From Neoconidiobolus thromboides FSU 785 (taxonomy: Eukaryota; Fungi; Entomophthoromycota), in contig MU626381.1 of assembly GCA_025603075.1 (NCBI GenBank), forward strand, positions 1-62,102: DNA of 62,102 nt, given 5' to 3'. Shown here in pieces: positions 48,974-62,102 of the stretch. A program made the position numbers and the translations under genes. Under the pieces are notes generated by a model. It saw nothing but the letters and a program-made list of their open reading frames with translations. It was not told where the DNA came from and did no database searches. Position 1 is the stretch's first letter, and every line of letters starts with the position of its first letter.

Positions 48974-51424
48974 ATGTCACTTCCGATAAGCAAATGGCCG
49001 GTACGTCATAAACTAATTTTGATCGAAGCAGCCAAAAAATACCAGTTTGAAGCATGGGAGCATGTACAATATTATTTAATGAATCATCCATGGACCAAGT
49101 TAGAAATCGATGTTAATGTAACTTTAAAAAATCACAAATTTTAATTTAAACTAAACCAAATTTTAGGATACAGAGCTAGCTCTCATTCAATTATTAGATA
49201 GCTTTTCAACTGATATTTCCGTGTTGAAGTAATTAAGTTTGAGTTTAAAAGTGAGAACACTAACAGTTTTTATTAGAAATGAAAATGATAATAAGATGTT
49301 TGATGAAATTTATCAAGCAATAAGGACAGAATATAAGAATGTCTTAAAGGAACAGCAAACAGAAGTCAACGAAATTTTCAAGGCTCTCAAACGTAAAGCA
49401 GATGATACGATTGCTAGTCCATTAAAAAATAGAAAGAAAAATGGTAATGATTTTTATAATCAGATTATCAATTGAAGTTCATTTTTTTTAGATAGTGACA
49501 GTGGTAATGAATCTGAAATCGAGGATAAAACTGAGAATAGTAAAATTAATTTTGAGCTGCTCAGGGACCCAGAGTATTTTAAAATGGTTAACCAAAACCT
49601 TAAAGTTTTATTTAAAAATGTTTTGGATAAGGAAAGTAAACAATCGAATGAATTAGAAAACGGTATTTAACAGTTTTTATTTTATTTCAATTAGTAATTT
49701 TTTTAGAAAAAATAATTGAAGATTATAATACCGTTGTTGAAATCAATGACGATACAGTTGGAACACCTACCACTTTAGAAGATCAAAATCAAAGTTTAAA
49801 CTTAACAGATAAGCCTACACTTGAGAAAACTAACTCTTCAAATAAAAAATCAGAATCTGTAATCTTAATCACAAATTCGGAAAAAGCAAGCGACCTAAGT
49901 GCTGAATCAACAAAGTTAACAAAAGGTCAAGCTATTGGAACATATGATATGGAATTAAAAGGAAAAGACTCGATGAAAGCATTAACTATTAAAGATATTG
50001 GGTTAGAAAACCAAACAGATGAAGGTAATTGTAACAAATTTAGTATTAAAACTAAATAATAATTTAAAAATTTTCAAGATAGCAATTATGAAAATATTAA
50101 TAATGAAGAAAGTGAACTTAATTCACAAAAGAATAATTCTGAGGAAATCATACCTTTAGGAGAAACCTTGCCAGAAGCAGCAATTGAAACAACAAATACA
50201 ACTGTGTCAGATGAAAATAAAGAAACTACTCACGAATTAGAAAGTAAAATTGAAACAATAGTCGATAAACAGAAGCCCTTATTAGATATACAAGAGCAAC
50301 CAAAGAGGGATATGGTATCTAACACTTCTGATATAGTTCAAGAATCGAATGATATGACCAATGAAGGTGAAAAAACAGGTAAAATAATAGAATGTCTAAT
50401 AGTGCATCTAACTTATTTTATAGTAAATGCTAGTGTTTCAATCAATGATAAAGAATTGTTTATCAAAGATAAGAAATTTAATGGAGAGAATGAAATAAAC
50501 GTTGAAAATAGCAATATTAAAGAAGCTCCTCAATCAATATCAATCGGATATTCGAATATACTCAATGATCCAGAAGTCATGAGCAAGGATGAAAAGAATA
50601 AATCACATGAAATTAAGGAGTATAATAATGAGAAAAATGATGCTCAAAAACATATCGAGGAAGAGGAAATAAATAACGGAGACATTGATGATAATGAACA
50701 AAAAGCTGTGATTGAAGTTGAAAATATTGAATACAGTGATTCTCAAGGTTTAGCAAAGGTGGAAGAAGAGATGGATGAAATAATAAAGAAGTTGAAAATG
50801 GAAGGAGAAAATGAAAAGGGTATCGAAATTAAACAAGAGAAGAAAGAAGAAAGAATAGGAACACCCACCATAAAAGGAATATTGAGCAAAAATAAAGAAA
50901 TTAAAGAAGAAAAGAAGCAAGTTAGCTTTATCAATATACCAACTGAAGCTAATACTACCTTCACATCTACAGTGAATACTCCCTCTACTATTGCAGATCA
51001 CACACCTTCTGAATTTTACGTTAAAGACAACCCAAAGAAGTGGAAAAAATTGGCTCTTATGGTCTTAAGAGAAATTTCAAATCATCGGTTAGCACCTTTG
51101 TTTCAGAAGCCTATTAAAGAAACAGTAGCACCAGGTTACTATGATATTGTATTAGAGCCTATTGATTTAAATAAAATAGCCAGAAAAATTAAAGAAGGGG
51201 TAAGTAATTTAATTATCATTTATCATATATTTACATTAATTAATCATAAATAGACAATTACAAATACTGAAGAATTTACACGAGATATTTTATTAATGTG
51301 TCAAAATGCTCTAATGTTTAATCGACAAGACACTGAGATTTATGCAATGGCTTTAGAAATGTTACAAGCTGTACAATCCAACCTTGAAACTTTAATGGAA
51401 ACGGATCTTTATCGATTAAATTAA
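48974..51424 (+). CDS. BRD8-like bromodomain protein (NuA4/TIP60-type), about 7-8 exons
   Basis: N-terminal W..RHKLIL..W SANT-like block; C-terminal bromodomain WKKLALMVLREISNHR..FQKP..APGYY..PIDL..F.RDILLMCQNALMFN; a 45-nt stop-free intron at 50379-50423 is probable. Confidence 0.8.
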
Positions 51425-51431
51425 TAAATTG

Positions 51432-52948
51432 CTAGTTTAAATATTCAACCCATTCTGAAGGTTTTTCACCATACTATAAACCAATATTAATATTTTATTA
51501 TATTGTTATTACTATTCTATTTACTTGTATTGATAAAATTTCATTAAATAATTTTGATGCCAATGGGCCAGCTTGTGCAGTACTATCATTTTCGTCTAAA
51601 GGAATCCTGATAATCTTAAAATAAACTAATTAAATTTCGCATAATATTTTATATTTCTTACATCTCCTTTGTAATAAATCTCTTTGATTGGCGATATAAT
51701 ACATGCTGTACCTGTGCCAAACATTTCTAAAAGCTAATATTGTATTATTAATATATTACATTTACTATTGTAATTATTGGTTTACTCTATTTTCAGCAAC
51801 TAATTGGATTACGTCCTTCATTGTAATACTCCCTTCTACCATTTTAATTTCAGAGTCTGAAGCCATAAGTTCAACAATTGAAGCACGTGTGACTCCAGGC
51901 AAAATAGTGCCATCCAATGGTGGAGTTTTTAAAACTTTATCTAATTTGAAAATGATTAAACAAGGTAGAACATTACATAAAAATAAAACTTACTCTTCTG
52001 CTCATCTATATAGTACAAAAACAAATTCATTGTACCAACCTCTGTAATACTTTCCTCTTCTCCAAACAGCCATAAATTCTGTTGACAGTTGTACTGTTTT
52101 GCTATATTTTGAGCTAAAAGTCCAGGGCCATAATTGCTAAATAAAGGTTAATAAGTATATTCTTCTTGTAAAATAAATTACATACCCTCCAATTTTTGAG
52201 CTTCCTGTACCCCCAGGCCAAGCTCTAACAAACTCTTTGGTAGCATACAAGCGAACCGCTTGAAATCCAGTGGGATAATATGGGCCTACTGGTGAGCAAA
52301 TGACATAGAGTAATGCTTTATTTGAGGAAGCAACGCCTAAATAACTCTAATTCCCATTAGCTTGATTACTTCATAGGATAAAAAAATCCTTACTTGTGTA
52401 GCAATAACAGTAGGTCTTATATATAATGAGTACCCTTTTTGATCTGGGATCCATCTTTGATCTGTTAGGATCAATTTTTTAATTACTTCGAGTAGTTCAA
52501 TTTCATTAAATGTAGGCAAAGTTAAACGTTTACAAGAGTCATTTAAACGTTTCATATTGTCTAAGGCTCTAAATAAAATGATTTTGCCTTCCTTTGTTTT
52601 ATACGCTTTTAAACCTTCAAAACACTTTTACGATCAATTTTAATTCATTAAAAAGATAATATAAATAATAAAGGTTACCTCAATACCATAATGAAATACT
52701 AAAGCTGATGGATCTAAACTTAAGTTTTGATATGGTTGAATCTTAGCTTGGTCCCAACCTGCAGTTGAGTCCCATTCTATGCTTAACATATGGTCACTAA
52801 AGGTTTTGCCAAATTGTAACTCTTCATTTGGGACTAATGGCTTCAATTCTTTTGATACTTCGATCTTTATATTATTTTTCTATAATATATGATTAATAAA
52901 CATAAATCATTATCTTGTTTAAAATGTAAATACGTTTATTTCTTGCAT
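51432..52948 (-). CDS. BAT1: Branched-chain amino acid aminotransferase, multi-exon
   Basis: [66 protein letters not shown]. Confidence 0.95.
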
Positions 52949-54587
52949 TTTAAGAATAAAATTTTGATTTTTTGTTGATAAAGTGAGTTGCTTTTATAAT
53001 CAAAGTATAGTCACGTTTTATGATTTTTTATGACTCAAACTGGATCAAGTGGAACCATTAAGAATAATTTCAAAGTATAGATAAGAGATAGAAGTAATAA
53101 TAATAATAATAATAAATAAAGCTAAGATTTTAATTTAAAAAAAGAATATGATACTAATGTTTTTAGTCAGTGTAATCAAGGTTTTATTAAATTTCAAGCT
53201 TAAAAAGTAAAAATCATGTATTGATAAGTAAAAGCTAATTCAAAAACTACTCATTTTTGAAAAATATTACATTTTCTGAAAATCCTTTACTTTACTTATG
53301 AAATAGACAAATAACATTATAAGCTACTGTATAGGATTCACTATCTGCCTAAAAAGTAAAAAATATTTTCTAGTAAGAAGTGCTTGATACCGAAATTCCA
53401 TGTCACTACGACTTTAGGTTGCTTAAAATACTCCCTGGATTTGTAATACTCCTTAATAGATAGACTGATTTATTATAATATCGTTTAAAATAATTAATAG
53501 CAGTGCTACTTAATATAAAATAGTAATAAGTAATTAAAAAAAATTCAACGTTCGAAAATGAGAAGTATTTTATTAAGCTTCTAAAAAACAAATAGTAATA
53601 AAATATATTCATTCTTTTTATAATAAAGTATCCTCGTAGTAAGTTTAATTTAATTTTAAGCTGAATTACTGAGTTTCCCATAGCAACTACTTCTAACATT
53701 GATTATTTTCAAATGATTTTCAAACTCAGGATAAAATTCGTGATTCTATATAATAAACAATCAATGCTTATTAATAATTTAAGAAGGAGTATAGTGAAAT
53801 AGAAAGTAGTCCTTTAAGTAGGAAAGAACGGATGATATGGATTTGAGATTAGTATGAAGAAAGAGGTTTTTACAGTTATTTTAGTAAAAATAAAGATAAT
53901 TAAACTATATATTATAATAAGATATTGAATAGATTGTTATAATGTTAATAATCATATTAGAATATTAAAGTACATGAATAAAAAACATTATAATTTATGG
54001 ACTAAAATCTTTATTGTGATACAAATATCATTTCACCTCCATATACCTTATAAAAATCCAATTACAAGATATAAAGTATTAAAGATCTAGATACAACGTT
54101 AGTTTAATCCACACTATAATAATAGAACCAAATTAAATTGCATCTTAGTTCTTTTGTTTATCTTATCAGCTCAGCAAAATATTTACATTAATGTTAAAAA
54201 TTGTCTCTACTGATTTCTTTTTTGGTTGAAAGAGGAACGAAGAAGCTAGAAAGGTTGAAGGTCAATAACTAAGTCAATACTATGAGCCAGTTAATAAACA
54301 TAATCTCTTTTCACTAAATTAACATACTGATTTGACTTGCTTTTTACATCCAGAAAAATTAACTTTTTATTAGACCGTCTGTAAGAGCCACCAGAGGTCT
54401 ATTATTTATGAATTATTAAAAAACTAGATGTAGAGGTATTTCCTTGTAAAAAGTAATTAAGATTGAGTCTTTTTAAATTAGATTCTCTAGTTTTAATTGG
54501 ACAAAATTAACGCTATTTAATTGGTTCTATTAAATTCAATTATTTTGAAAAATAAAATTGAAATAAGCTTCATTTAAACTTCATTAA

Positions 54588-57140
54588 ATGGGTAAAAAGA
54601 ATCGCAAGAATAAAGGAAACAACGGTGAAAGTAACCCTCAACCAAGTCAACCTCGAGGAAATTTTGGAAATGGTAAGATGGGAATAAAACAGATTGCCAA
54701 AGCCGCCGAGAAAAGAAACAGTAATCTTGGAAAAAAGACATTAGATGGTAAAAAAATGAAAAAAAAAACTTCAACTGCAGACATTCGAACTCCAAAAGAA
54801 CAACGTTTGTTCAATAATAGCAATGAGAAACTATTGTCATTTCCTGTTAACAAAATGGAACTTGGTTCAGAAATGGAAGATAATATTGAAGAAGAAGATG
54901 AAACTACAAAATTAGAAAAAGAACATATTGAGTTGACAAAGAATAAAAGGAAGGATGATAAAGATATAAAAAGCGAAAAACAAAGTTTAAAATTACCAAT
55001 TAAAGATGTCAAGGGTAAACTGATTCGTGCTAAAGACGTAGTAGAATCAGAATCAGAAAGCGACAGTGAAGATAAAGAAGAAGAGGAAGAAGTTTTTAGT
55101 GGCAGTGAATTAGAATTCGAAGATGAAAATGAAAATAATGGAAACAATGAAAATGAAATTGTGGACATTAATTCAAAAGAATATGTTACTGAAAAATTAG
55201 AACAGATGGCTACTATGGCTCAAGATATTATGAGTTCACCTGAAGATAATGTAATACTATTATTTGTTTGTTATATTGGGTTATATTTATACTAATTTGT
55301 TTTATTATTTATGATTGCTATTAGTATCCTCGACTTAAAGAATTAAAATTATTCTGTTTTGATAAAAACTTAATGGTACGTAAATATGGTTATTTAACTT
55401 TATTATCTTTATTTAAAGATATTTTACCAAGGTAAATTTAATTACTATAACTAGTAATAATTGTATAATTATTAAACAATTATTACTATATTAGTTATCG
55501 TATTCGTCCATTAACAGAAGCAGAAAGAAAGATGAAAGTATCTAAAGAAGTTAAAAAACAAAGGATTTATGAAGAATCTTTAGTCTCTTCTTATCAATCT
55601 TATATAAAAACTTTAATTAATCAATATAAAGGTAATTTCATTTATTATATAATTTATAATATTAGTATAATATTTTGTTTTATTTAGCTTCAGTTCAAAA
55701 TGATGAAAAATATGAAGGATTTAAGACAATAGTAATTAAATGCTTAACAGAGTTGATGGTATCAAAAGCTGGCTTTAATTTTGAAGATGACATTATTCAA
55801 TTTATAGCTCGTAAAATGAGTACCACTAATGAAGATATGGATTTAGATAGATGTATTGAATATAGTGTTAGATTATTCAAAGAAGATGAAATAGGTTATA
55901 GTAGCTTAAAATTAGTACAAAGTTTAACAAAAAGTATCAAACATAAAGAATATAAAATAGCAGCTAAAGTATTAAGGATTTTTATCCATTTAAAATTAAG
56001 TGATAATTTAATTAAAAAAGATTCAGATAATAAAAACAAAAAGGATAAAGATAATAAAAATAAAAGAAAAATAGTTGTTGATAAAAAATTATTAGATGAA
56101 CGTAAAGAACATTTATCTAAAAAGAGAAAGAAAAGAATGAAGGCTCAAAAAGAAATTGAAAGAGAAATGCAAGAAGCTGAAGCTGAATATACGGTTGAAG
56201 AAAAAGATAAAGTTCAATCCGAATTATTAAAAAGTATTTTTATTATTTACTTCCGTGTTTTAAAAGAAGCTCCAAGTACTCGTTTATTCCCTGTAACCCT
56301 TGAAGGTCTTTCAAAGTAATTTTTAATTTACTACTAATTTAGTTTATATATTAAAATTTATTTTTAGGTTTGGACATCTTATTAGTGTAGATTTCTTTAG
56401 TGATTTATTATTGGTATTAAAAAAAATACTTAAAGAGGGATTAAATTCTTCAAGTAATAACAAATCGGATATAGTTGATCCAATAGTTCATTCCTCAGTA
56501 GAAGTAATACGTTGCCAATTATTATGTATATTAACAGCGTTTAAATTGTTGTCTGGGCAAGGACAAGCTTTAAATTTAGACTTGAAGGATTTTTATACAT
56601 ATATGTATGATCTTATATTAAAAGTAGCATATTTACCTTCATGTGAAAATAATTTAGAAATTGAAAATGATAAAAATAATTCACAAAAAAAAGATCAATT
56701 TATTGCTCCATCAATTTATCACTTAGTTATTGATTGTTTAGATGCTTTATTTTTTAGACGTGAAAGGGTTAGTTTGTTAAGAGCTGCTTCCTTCTTAAAA
56801 AGATTATCTACCCTCTGTTTTTATTATCCTCAGCCTACAGCTGCCAAACTTATGGGTATGTGTAAGGCCTTTTTAATTGTAAGTATATTATTTATTTTTA
56901 AAATATAAGCACTGAACATTAATTTTCTAATAACAGAAATATCCTGGTCTTGATCGTATGCTTTCTTCTGAAGAAGTGGCTGGAGAAGGTTCCTTTCAGC
57001 CATTTGCTGTGGATCCAGATGCAGCCAATCCATTTAGTACACATCTCTTTGATTTACCTGCTTTATTCAATACTTATTATGATCCTAAACTTAAAAGTGC
57101 TGCTTTAGAAACTATTAGAGCTACTCAAATTAGAAAATAA
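54588..57140 (+). CDS. NOC3: Nucleolar complex protein Noc3, 6 exons
   Basis: SLFKDILPSYRIRPLTEAE..KVSKEV, IYFRVLK..LFPVTLEGLSKFGHLISVDF, RAASFLKRL, DPDAANPF. Confidence 0.95.
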
Positions 57141-57269
57141 CTTGTTGAAAAATAGATTCGATTTAATAAAATAAAATAGAATAAACAAAACAATATGTAA
57201 TAAAACAATAATTCTAGTATAACAACAATAGTAATAATAATAAATAACAAACAAATTTGGGTTTTATTT

Positions 57270-57921
57270 TTAAAGAGATTTTCCCATAAATTTACGTTTA
57301 GTAAACATGGTCCACCATTTAGATGGAATAGTTTCTTGGCCATAAACTCTTTCCAAAAATCTTAATACTGTTTCTTGTCTTAATTGAGATATATACTGAC
57401 GCAATAAATCTATAATAAGTTAATATAAATAACCATTGATTATTTCAGAAAACACTAATTCATAAAAACTACTTACCAGCTTCATGGCGGTCTTTTGGAG
57501 GTGAAAAAAGAGCATTTAATGGAAAACTTGGATCCCCGGGAATAGCAAAAGATTGTAAAGCAATATTATTTAAATGTTTTTGTACTTCATTTTGACTACT
57601 TGCACTTTTAGGTAAATTATTTAATAATTCGGAAATGAACAAAGTTAAATAAATCAAAGTTCTATCTGCTCCACCTTTAATTTCAAAATTTTTAAATAAA
57701 CAATTGGCACGAAATAAATTGAACGATTCATCAACAATGTCTTCTTCTTCTGAAGTAAAATTGGAGGATAAGATAGGTCCTCTTATCTTAGTTTTAAAAG
57801 GTAACATACTCATGTTACCTAATTGTTGTACCTCTTCTTCATTGAAATTAGAATGGTAAGCCTAACACAAAAATTAGTTGAAGTGTTTTGTTTGAATTGA
57901 TTTGATTAATCTTACTGGCAT
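57270..57921 (-). CDS. ARC18: Arp2/3 complex subunit ARPC3 (p21), 3 exons
   Basis: MP-AYHSNF, DIVDESFNLFRANCLFKNFEIKGGADRTLIYLTLFI, SKWWTMFTKRKFMGKSL. Confidence 0.97.
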
Positions 57922-58487
57922 TTTGAAGTTGTAAAAATAAAATGATTTTGTCTTTTTTTTGGATTTACCTGACACCTACCTACTCAAGTGGCTTTTATGA
58001 AGCATCCAATCAAATTTAATCAAAATTTTAGAACTTCAATATTATAGAGTTACAAAACTATAATATTATATATTATAATATCATATTATTATTATTGATG
58101 TATTTTTAATAGCATTAAATCAAAAACTGATATTAGCTTGTTTATATTCATAAGTAAAAATCTACCATATACAATATTATTAGTAATATCAAGTGCTCTC
58201 TTAAATTAGTTATTATTTTTAATTTGATATATTGCTGCTACTAGCTATTTACTCAATATCATGATTAAACTAATAGTTCGCATTTATTTTATTATAATAA
58301 CTAAGCTTAATTATTTGGTAAATTACTTATTGTCTTTATACAATATAATAATATTAATAATATAAGATTTTATATTAATATTTTAAATACAAATCAGCTA
58401 TGTCATGCCTTAATTTAATTGGTTCACTGTTTATAAAAACCAAGAAAATAATTATTTTTAAAATTATTAATCTTCTTTAATAACAAA

Positions 58488-58965
58488 ATGGGCAAGCAGG
58501 AAGGAGATACCACAATTACCACTGGGCAAGTCAATCTCAACGAAATAGTCAGCAAGGTCTGGGAATCCTACCAAAAGAGCACGACTAACAATCTAAAATT
58601 GATCGATGTTTATATGATGTTTATTTTATTAACTGGTATATTACAGTTCATTTATTTACTTTTAGCGGGTACTTTTCCATATAACGCTTTCTTAGCTGGG
58701 TTTATTTCAACTGTTGGGAGTTTTACATTGGCCGGTAAGTTATTTACCTTCGTGTATTTATATAGAGATGCTAATGTTTTTTTAATAGCTAACCTTAGGA
58801 TCCAAGTCAATCCAAAAAATAGTGAGTTTACTCATATATCTCCTATGAGGTAGTTTTAGTTTATAATATTCATACTAGTTTATTTAATTGATTTATAGAG
58901 CTTTTGGAGACTTTATTTTTTGTAACATAATTTTACTCTTTTTTGTTACAAACTTTTTAGGATAA
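58488..58965 (+). CDS. OST2: Oligosaccharyltransferase subunit DAD1/Ost2, 3 exons
   Basis: [47 protein letters not shown]. Confidence 0.96.
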
Positions 58966-59907
58966 AAAAGGACAGGTTATTGAAATATCTCGTTAACTTT
59001 AAATGCATTATTAATAAAATATTACAATCTTAACTATTTTAACTTACTTCATGCAGAGAAAGATGTTTATATAATAAAATTGTAAATAATATGTATCTTT
59101 AAATGCTTTAATGAAATTAGTAGTATGAGTAAAATAAATAAGCCCAAATGAATGATATATAATACAAAATTAGATGTTTAAATACGAATACCTTATAAAA
59201 GAAGCACATTGAACTGGATAATTTTTTTTGAAAAATGTATATTTACATATTCTTTACATTATTTTAACAAATTTAATTATAGATCAGTATCTTAAAATGT
59301 TGTTTAACTATTCGAATTTGAAGATAATAAGCTAAAAATGTATAAGTGAGACTGTACTTCGTAACATCCAGCTGTACTACCTCAATTATATAAGTACAAC
59401 CGGTGTAGCAACGCTATCAGTCAAAAGTTTCATGCCATATTTAATTAATTCTTAATTTGGAATCTTATATACATCCAATTAGTTAGAATTTATAAAACTT
59501 TAACTAGTTAAGCTTTTTAAATTTAACATTAAATAGCTTACATGGCCTTGTATAGAACTTAGCTCACTAAATATTTGAGATTTGAAAAATATTACTTTAC
59601 TTCAAATTATTGCGAAAAGCTAAATTTAGATCAAATTACTCATTGACAACAAAGGCTTAAAACCATAGCACTCATTTTTTATTACATCATTCTTTGCATT
59701 GTAAGCTAACTCGATTTAATTTCAACCAATAATAATGGCCAAGTATTAGCTAAAATTATGAGCTCCAGAACAATTGATTGGTTCTTAATGTGATTGACCG
59801 CCTAAAAATAATCGACAAATTATTGGTTGAAAGAAATTATAAATAGCTTTAGTAATTGCATTATTTTTAATTTTTAATTTTTTTTGAAGAACTTTAACTA
59901 ACATAAA

Positions 59908-61234
59908 ATGGGTACCCGTGTATATTTTGGTCGTTTACCACGCGATACTCGTGAAAGAGACATTGAAAAACTTTTACGTGGGTATGGTGAGCTTAGAGAA
60001 ATCCATTTAAGAAATGGTTATGGCTTTGTGGTATTATTGTTATTATTTTATTTATCATTCCAACTTATTAATTATTTTATTAGGAATTTCGTGACTCAAG
60101 AGATGCTGATGACGCAGTCTATGAACTTGACGGACGTGACTTCCTCGGTGAAAGGTAAACTATTATTTTAGTTAAATAAGATAAACCTAATAAATAAATA
60201 GAATTATTGTCCAATATGCTAGAGGTGGTGGTCGTACCTATCGTGAGTAAGTGATCTTATACTATATCATCTAATAATTACTTAATAATACTATTAGAAC
60301 ATCCTTTAATCGTCCAAACCCGCCAGTTCATACCAATAATCGAGTAATTGTGGATAATGTCCCTACTTCAGCTAGTTGGCAGGTAAGTAGCAATTATTAA
60401 ATTAAGTTAAAAAGTATACAAACAAGGAATAAGATATTTATTTTAAATGTCATAGTTTTCTTTGTTTGTCTTGGCCACGGCATAACCATATTTGACCAAG
60501 TGCCAAGACTTCAAGATCCATTGACCAATTCCAGTTTGAGTCCAACCAAGCCAATCCAACATTAAATAATTAAAATTTGTAGAGTTAAATTTAATTTTAC
60601 CATTCCAATTATTAGGATCTTAAAGATTTTATGAAAAAGGCTGGTGAAGTTGCCTTTGCCGACTGTCATAAACAAAGAGAAGGCCAAGGGTAATTTATAT
60701 CATTACCGTTATTAGTATTAATAATTTATTTAAATTTTAAATAGTGTTGTTGAATTCCATAGCCATGATGATATGAGATATGCTTTAGATCGTCTTCAAG
60801 ATGCTGAATTTAAAGGAAATAAACTTCGTTTAACTGATGTACTTTATATTAACCTATTTATTATTTATACTAATAATTTATAGGGTTCAACTAGAGGAGG
60901 ACGTTCTCATCGTTCTAGATCTCCATCCTACTCCCGTTCTCCACCACGTCGTCGTAGACGCTCCCCATCTCGTTCACGCTCCCCACCACGTCGTCGTGGA
61001 CGTTCTCCTCGTCGTCGCTCTTACTCCCGTTCATTATCTCCTCGTGGACCTGCACGTGATCATTCTATTGATCGCTCCCCACGTGGTTCTTTATCTCCAG
61101 AAGATATCCCTAAACACAAGGAAGATCTTTCACCAAGAGGTGAACGTGAACATGAAGAACATCGTGAAAATGATTTAGATACTCGTTCTCCAGTCCAAGA
61201 AAGAGAAGATATCCCACCATCAGTTGATGAGTAA
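59908..61234 (+). CDS. SR splicing factor, SRSF4/5/6 (Srp2)-like: two RRMs plus RS domain, 7 exons
   Basis: RVYFGRL..RNGYGFVEF.D.RDADDAVYELDG; pseudo-RRM SWQDLKDFM; RS/SP-rich tail. Confidence 0.93.
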
Positions 61235-61658
61235 TTATATTATTAATTTTATTCAATTGCTGTAAAACACAATTTTTAACTCAACCTTTGTTGATAACTA
61301 TTTTTGATTTATAAAACACTATCTAATAAAAAAATATTATTCTATCATTTACAAAATTGTAAAATATTTAGATAGTTTTAAATTTAATTACTTTAAGTTA
61401 TATTTAACATTGAATTATAATAGTTTAGTTAAATTGATATATCGAATTCTTATACATTTTATTTTATTTTTATATAATATAATATTTGGATTAAGTGCTT
61501 CAAAATATTAATTAATTTAAAAGTAATGAAAGTAATAAAATAAATGTAATTATTTTGCTAAAAGTTAAAAATTTAACATAATTAACAATTATATTATTTT
61601 TGAGTTGTAGTTGAAAATAAAATAATTAATATCATTTAAATTATAAATTTTAATTGAC

Positions 61659-61765
61659 ATATGGGGATGTATTTTTGTGTTTAAGAATTTTACTAATAAT
61701 TTTTCCACTCAAATAGCGCTTAAAAGATGGAAAAAGTAATGAAGTCAAAAAAAACACTCCCATAT
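61659..61765 (-). mobile_element. Near-consensus MITE-like copy (left arm of pair 4)
   Basis: ATATGGGGATGTATTTTTG...CAAAAAAAACACTCCCATAT. Confidence 0.9.
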
Positions 61766-62026
61766 ATATATCTGAGATATAGCTTAGTTTCTTATTTGTA
61801 AAATTATTAATTTAATAAAAAGAACTAGTTTGCTTAATAAAAATGATGGTAAATATAAAATAAAACACTACAATGGTTTATTAGTATTAAAATGTTGAAA
61901 AAGAGATGTTTAATGTATTTATATAATTTAATCTATAGATGACTAACTTCATATTTATAATAAAAATAAAAATAGTTTTAATATACAATTCCAAAATAGA
62001 TACTAAAATTCTAATAAATTTAAATT

Positions 62027-62102
62027 TAATGGGAGTGTTTTCCTTGACTTCATTACTTTTTCCATTTTTTAAGTGCTATTTAAGCGGAAAATTTGTTAGT
62101 AA
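62027..62102 (+). mobile_element. MITE-like copy cut by the window end (right arm of pair 4)
   Basis: ATGGGAGTGTTTT..GACTTCATTACTTTTTCCAT..GCTATTTAAGCGGAAAA..TTAGTAA. Confidence 0.85.

Overview
Left end of a very AT-rich fungal chromosome. It starts with (TAACCC)n and has many ~45-60 nt GT-AG introns. The gene set and composition suggest an early-diverging fungus such as Conidiobolus/Neoconidiobolus (inference). About 27 protein genes start within 2 kb of the telomere. Housekeeping genes: DEAH helicase, gp78/Hrd1-type ligase, ATG8, clathrin light chain, TSR4, histone H4, importin alpha, NDUFA1, RPL23, NAA20, UBP3, RPB9, VMA1, BRD8-like, BCAT, NOC3, ARPC3, DAD1 and an SR protein. An accessory block at 10.5-19 kb holds two AA11 LPMOs, a bacterial-type HCCA-isomerase/DsbA gene and a beta-lactamase-fold hydrolase. 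Top finding: an ORF-free ~1 kb island at ~45960-47000 whose minus strand folds by hand into a telomerase RNA-like core. It has the template UAACCCUA matching this chromosome's telomere, a core-enclosing helix, a human-like triple-helix pseudoknot and a CR4/5-like three-way junction; its G-U pairs work only on the minus strand. Other highlights: a 14-copy ~105 bp ATAT-flanked MITE that recurs as inverted pairs, a candidate poison splice event in the SR gene, a GMN-to-GIN CorA transporter and an RPB9 with a long acidic tail. All folding, splicing and homology calls were made by eye, with no database searches.
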